DNA of 64,000 nt from Basidiobolus meristosporus CBS 931.73. Taxonomy: Eukaryota; Fungi; Basidiobolomycota. How positions within the stretch are numbered: position 1 is the stretch's first letter; each line of letters opens with the position of its first letter. Under the pieces are notes generated by a model, which saw nothing but the letters and a program-made list of their open reading frames with translations, did not search any database and had not been told where the DNA came from. The translations under genes were made by a program, and so were the position numbers. The stretch covers positions 1-64,000 of the forward strand of contig MCFE01000367.1 of the NCBI GenBank assembly GCA_002104905.1, given 5' to 3'. This document shows, piece after piece, positions 61,355 to 64,000 of the stretch.

Positions 61355-61642
61355 TATTGCAAGAGTCTTGGAGATATTGGAAGTGATTGGGAGAACAAGT
61401 GGATTATGTGGTTTTCACTTAATGATTTATTGAATGTAAAAGTAGTATTTATACTTTTAGATGGTCTTAGCATGGCAAACATGTAGAATAGGTTAAGGAA
61501 GGTCCCAAGAACATGTGTGCAAAGTTTGGGGCTGTTTGGACAACTTTGAGAATTTTCATGTTCAGGGTACCTGGTATTTTGGTGAAAATATTCCAAGTAA
61601 ATCTCAACAAGGAATATGGTTAGTATTCTTTAGGATTCAACA
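61355..61642 (-). repeat. Solo LTR, family A, with an internal deletion near one end
   Basis: Matches the reverse complement of 7829-8177; TSD CCTCC at 61350-61354 and 61643-61647. Confidence 0.88.
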
Positions 61643-62899
61643 CCTCCAAGGTCCGTTGGCTGCCAGTGTGCTTTACTGGGAGTGTCCTGTGGTGTACAAT
61701 TGGAAGTTCAGGTGGAAGCAAAAAGCAGTGATCACACTGATCTACAAGTTGGTGTACTGGTAAAAGGGATGATGATATATTGTAGTGGGATTGCCTCCAG
61801 TATATACTTTTCTCACTGGCTAAGCAACTGCTAATTAAGAAGTTCTAGAAAGTTTTAGAGATCAATAGAAATCTCAACAACATCAGAATGAGCTAAGAAT
61901 ATTCTAAGTAGATGCTGGAAGGTTCTAAGAGGCACAGCACATCCAACAAATCAGGGATCAGTATTCTGAGACCTGTGGAACATAGGGATACTATATACGG
62001 ACTGAAAATGCTATGGATGATAATGCCATTTGACCAAGTGTCAAGGGTCCTGGTGGAGGCACTTGCCTAATATAGAAGCACTTAAATCTAATAATCTTAC
62101 ATAAAGTGAGTGATATTGCATAAAGTAAATAAGCAGATATTGTTGTTAGCCAGCTTGTGGGATAATATTGATCAAATAAGACAAATGGAATAACACTAAA
62201 ACATGGGTTGTAGAGAAATAGGGAAGTAGATGTTATGGGAATGGGCACATCTGCTAGTGGGTATCACTGTGACCCCACTACAGTGTTGCAGCAGAATCAC
62301 TTATTGAATGGTGGACTTTAAAAGGGTTACTTGTTGAGTGTGGGGTTGGGTGTAATGTTAGTTTTGGGTATAGGGACTTGCATAGGTTGATATAATTGGG
62401 AATTGGGATACAACTGAGCCCTATGAAGAGTAATTTGGTCCCGCGGGTGGACCCAATCTGGTCAGCCATCAAGATCCCATTTAGAGACCAACATAATACC
62501 AGCTGCTTGGAATTAGTGGCCCTCCTAACAGTTTTATGATGGGATCATTATGATGTTTTGCTAATTTTACAACCAAATAAAGGGATAAAACATGACAATA
62601 TTTTATCAGTGTTGTGACAATATTTGCATGTTATTACTGTGGTCTTTTAGCGCTCTATAAATATTTTAAGTGGATCCAATTAGCCAGGACATACAATTGC
62701 CTTATATGCCAAGGAACTTGACAGTATGTTAATGGCCTCACTACAAGACTCTGATGGTATTATATTGGCAGTATGACAGTTTACTGCTGGTTGGTATAAT
62801 GCTACCATACCAATTTACAAAATGGTATTTCCTTTTTCTACCTCCCCTTGTGCAATTGATATATTCCACTGTAGATCACCCCTCCTTATTTGCTTACCC

Positions 62900-64000
62900 A
62901 CTACTACCTTGGGTAATCCACTCATAGTTCAAATAAAAGAAAACTATGGCCTCCTGCTTACTAACCTCTACAAACATGCACACCTGCTTGACATACTTCT
63001 ATCACCTCAACTTTATGGCATTTTAGTGAGATACTTGCAAAGCTGCCATATACCTTGTACTGCTGGTAATATATTCATCTTGCAAATATATGCTTGGCTG
63101 TTGCCACTTCTGCCATGAATACCTCCTGAATATCTGCAAAGAGCTTCTTGGAATTTGGCAATGTATTCCTTCTCCCTGCTGGATTCTAGTCCCCCTTATA
63201 GGTGTGCTCTGGCTTTTGTTTGTGTGAATTCCATATTGAATGGTGTGGAAGTTGGCTTGTGACCTAGAGAAATATGGCATACCTTGGTAGAGTTTTCCTG
63301 ATAAAAACTAGTTGCTTATTGCACACAACCCAACTTTGCACTACTTAACTGATTACCCATGTATTGGGGCTGCTTAGCTTCTTAATGCCATAGGTATAGG
63401 TGTCTTCATGTGCACATTTTTCCTCAGTATTTTCTAACTCCTCCTGGCTGTCCTGCATGTGCCAACTCATCACATCCATGATGGACTTGAAGGTAATATT
63501 CTTGATGAAATTGGGATATGGTAGTACCTGCAACTTGACTTGTATTCCTATCTCCCCACACATCTGCTCCATAGGAAACTCCCAAAAGGTGAAGCAAGGC
63601 CCAATATTCTCCACGCACTGTGCAAGATGGAGTAGAGATTGGATACAGTAGCAGCAGAGATCTACATGTTCAGCTTTATGTTTGTAGCATAGCCGCTCAA
63701 ATCCTATCACAAACTCTTCACACAACAGCTGCAGATGTGTCAAGTTGGCACCGGTGATCTGCTTCTGGAAAAATATTCCTACAATTTCCACATACAACTC
63801 CCATTGCTTCCAATGTACTCTTGGTAGGAATTGCTTCAGAAAACCACTTGAATAAATACATATGCAGTTCATCCAGTCTTTGCATTTGTATTGTTGAATA
63901 TGCTTATGAATATTAATTGGAGCCCATGAGAAGTACTTAGGGTGGCAGATACCCTGTAATATCATGCCAATTCTTTCAAATTTCTCTGGTATCTGAAAGG
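62900..64000 (-). pseudogene. tnp2/CACTA-type transposase C-terminal remnant (DUF4218-like), runs off the window end
   Basis: LLHLAQCVENIGPCFTFWEFPMEQMCGEIGIQVKLQVLPYPNF resembles the HL...I...GP...W.FP.ER..G motif. Confidence 0.8.

Larger units (their letters stand above)
59975..62282. repeat. Solo LTR, family D, carrying three nested insertions
   Basis: TGTGGTGGTGTATAAG...GACCCCACTACA matches the reverse complement of the ends of 24032-25110; 4-bp TSD GTGT at 59971-59974 and 62283-62286. Confidence 0.85.

Noticed and set aside
2751-64000. Classical RIP (CpA>TpA) as the cause of decay
   Set aside because: The clear diagnostic changes are at CpG, CpA/TpG remain abundant, and long ORFs survive; a formal spectrum is needed.
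1-64000. CRISPR arrays, rRNA, tRNA or prokaryotic operons
   Set aside because: None seen; the repeats are LTRs, MITE arms and local duplications.

Overview
Eukaryotic (probably fungal; this is inference) genomic DNA. A short CpG-rich host segment (1-~2750) carries one intronless KpsF/GutQ-type SIS+CBS sugar-phosphate isomerase gene (683-1678). It abuts a ~61-kb, strongly CpG-depleted block of nested transposons. The block contains two Ty1/copia families (A and B; one A copy is full length with only two premature stops) and a Ty3/gypsy family (C; one copy has an open 1377-aa gag-pol). It also contains solo LTRs of two further families (D, E), remnants of a tnp2/CACTA-type transposase with a divergently oriented multi-copy partner ORF (ORF-X), and an unclassified repeat. 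Many boundaries are fixed by target-site duplications read directly from the sequence. The most novel-looking component is a DNA-transposon family with 5'-AGACTTGTT termini and 3-bp TSDs. It comprises a CpG-rich left half with a ~412-codon accessory ORF, a short PIF/Harbinger-type (DDE_Tnp_4-like) transposase remnant missed by the ORF track, ~730-bp near-perfect foldback MITEs and a 211-bp mini-element. No tools were used: coordinates were read by hand and domain calls rest on remembered motifs, not database searches.
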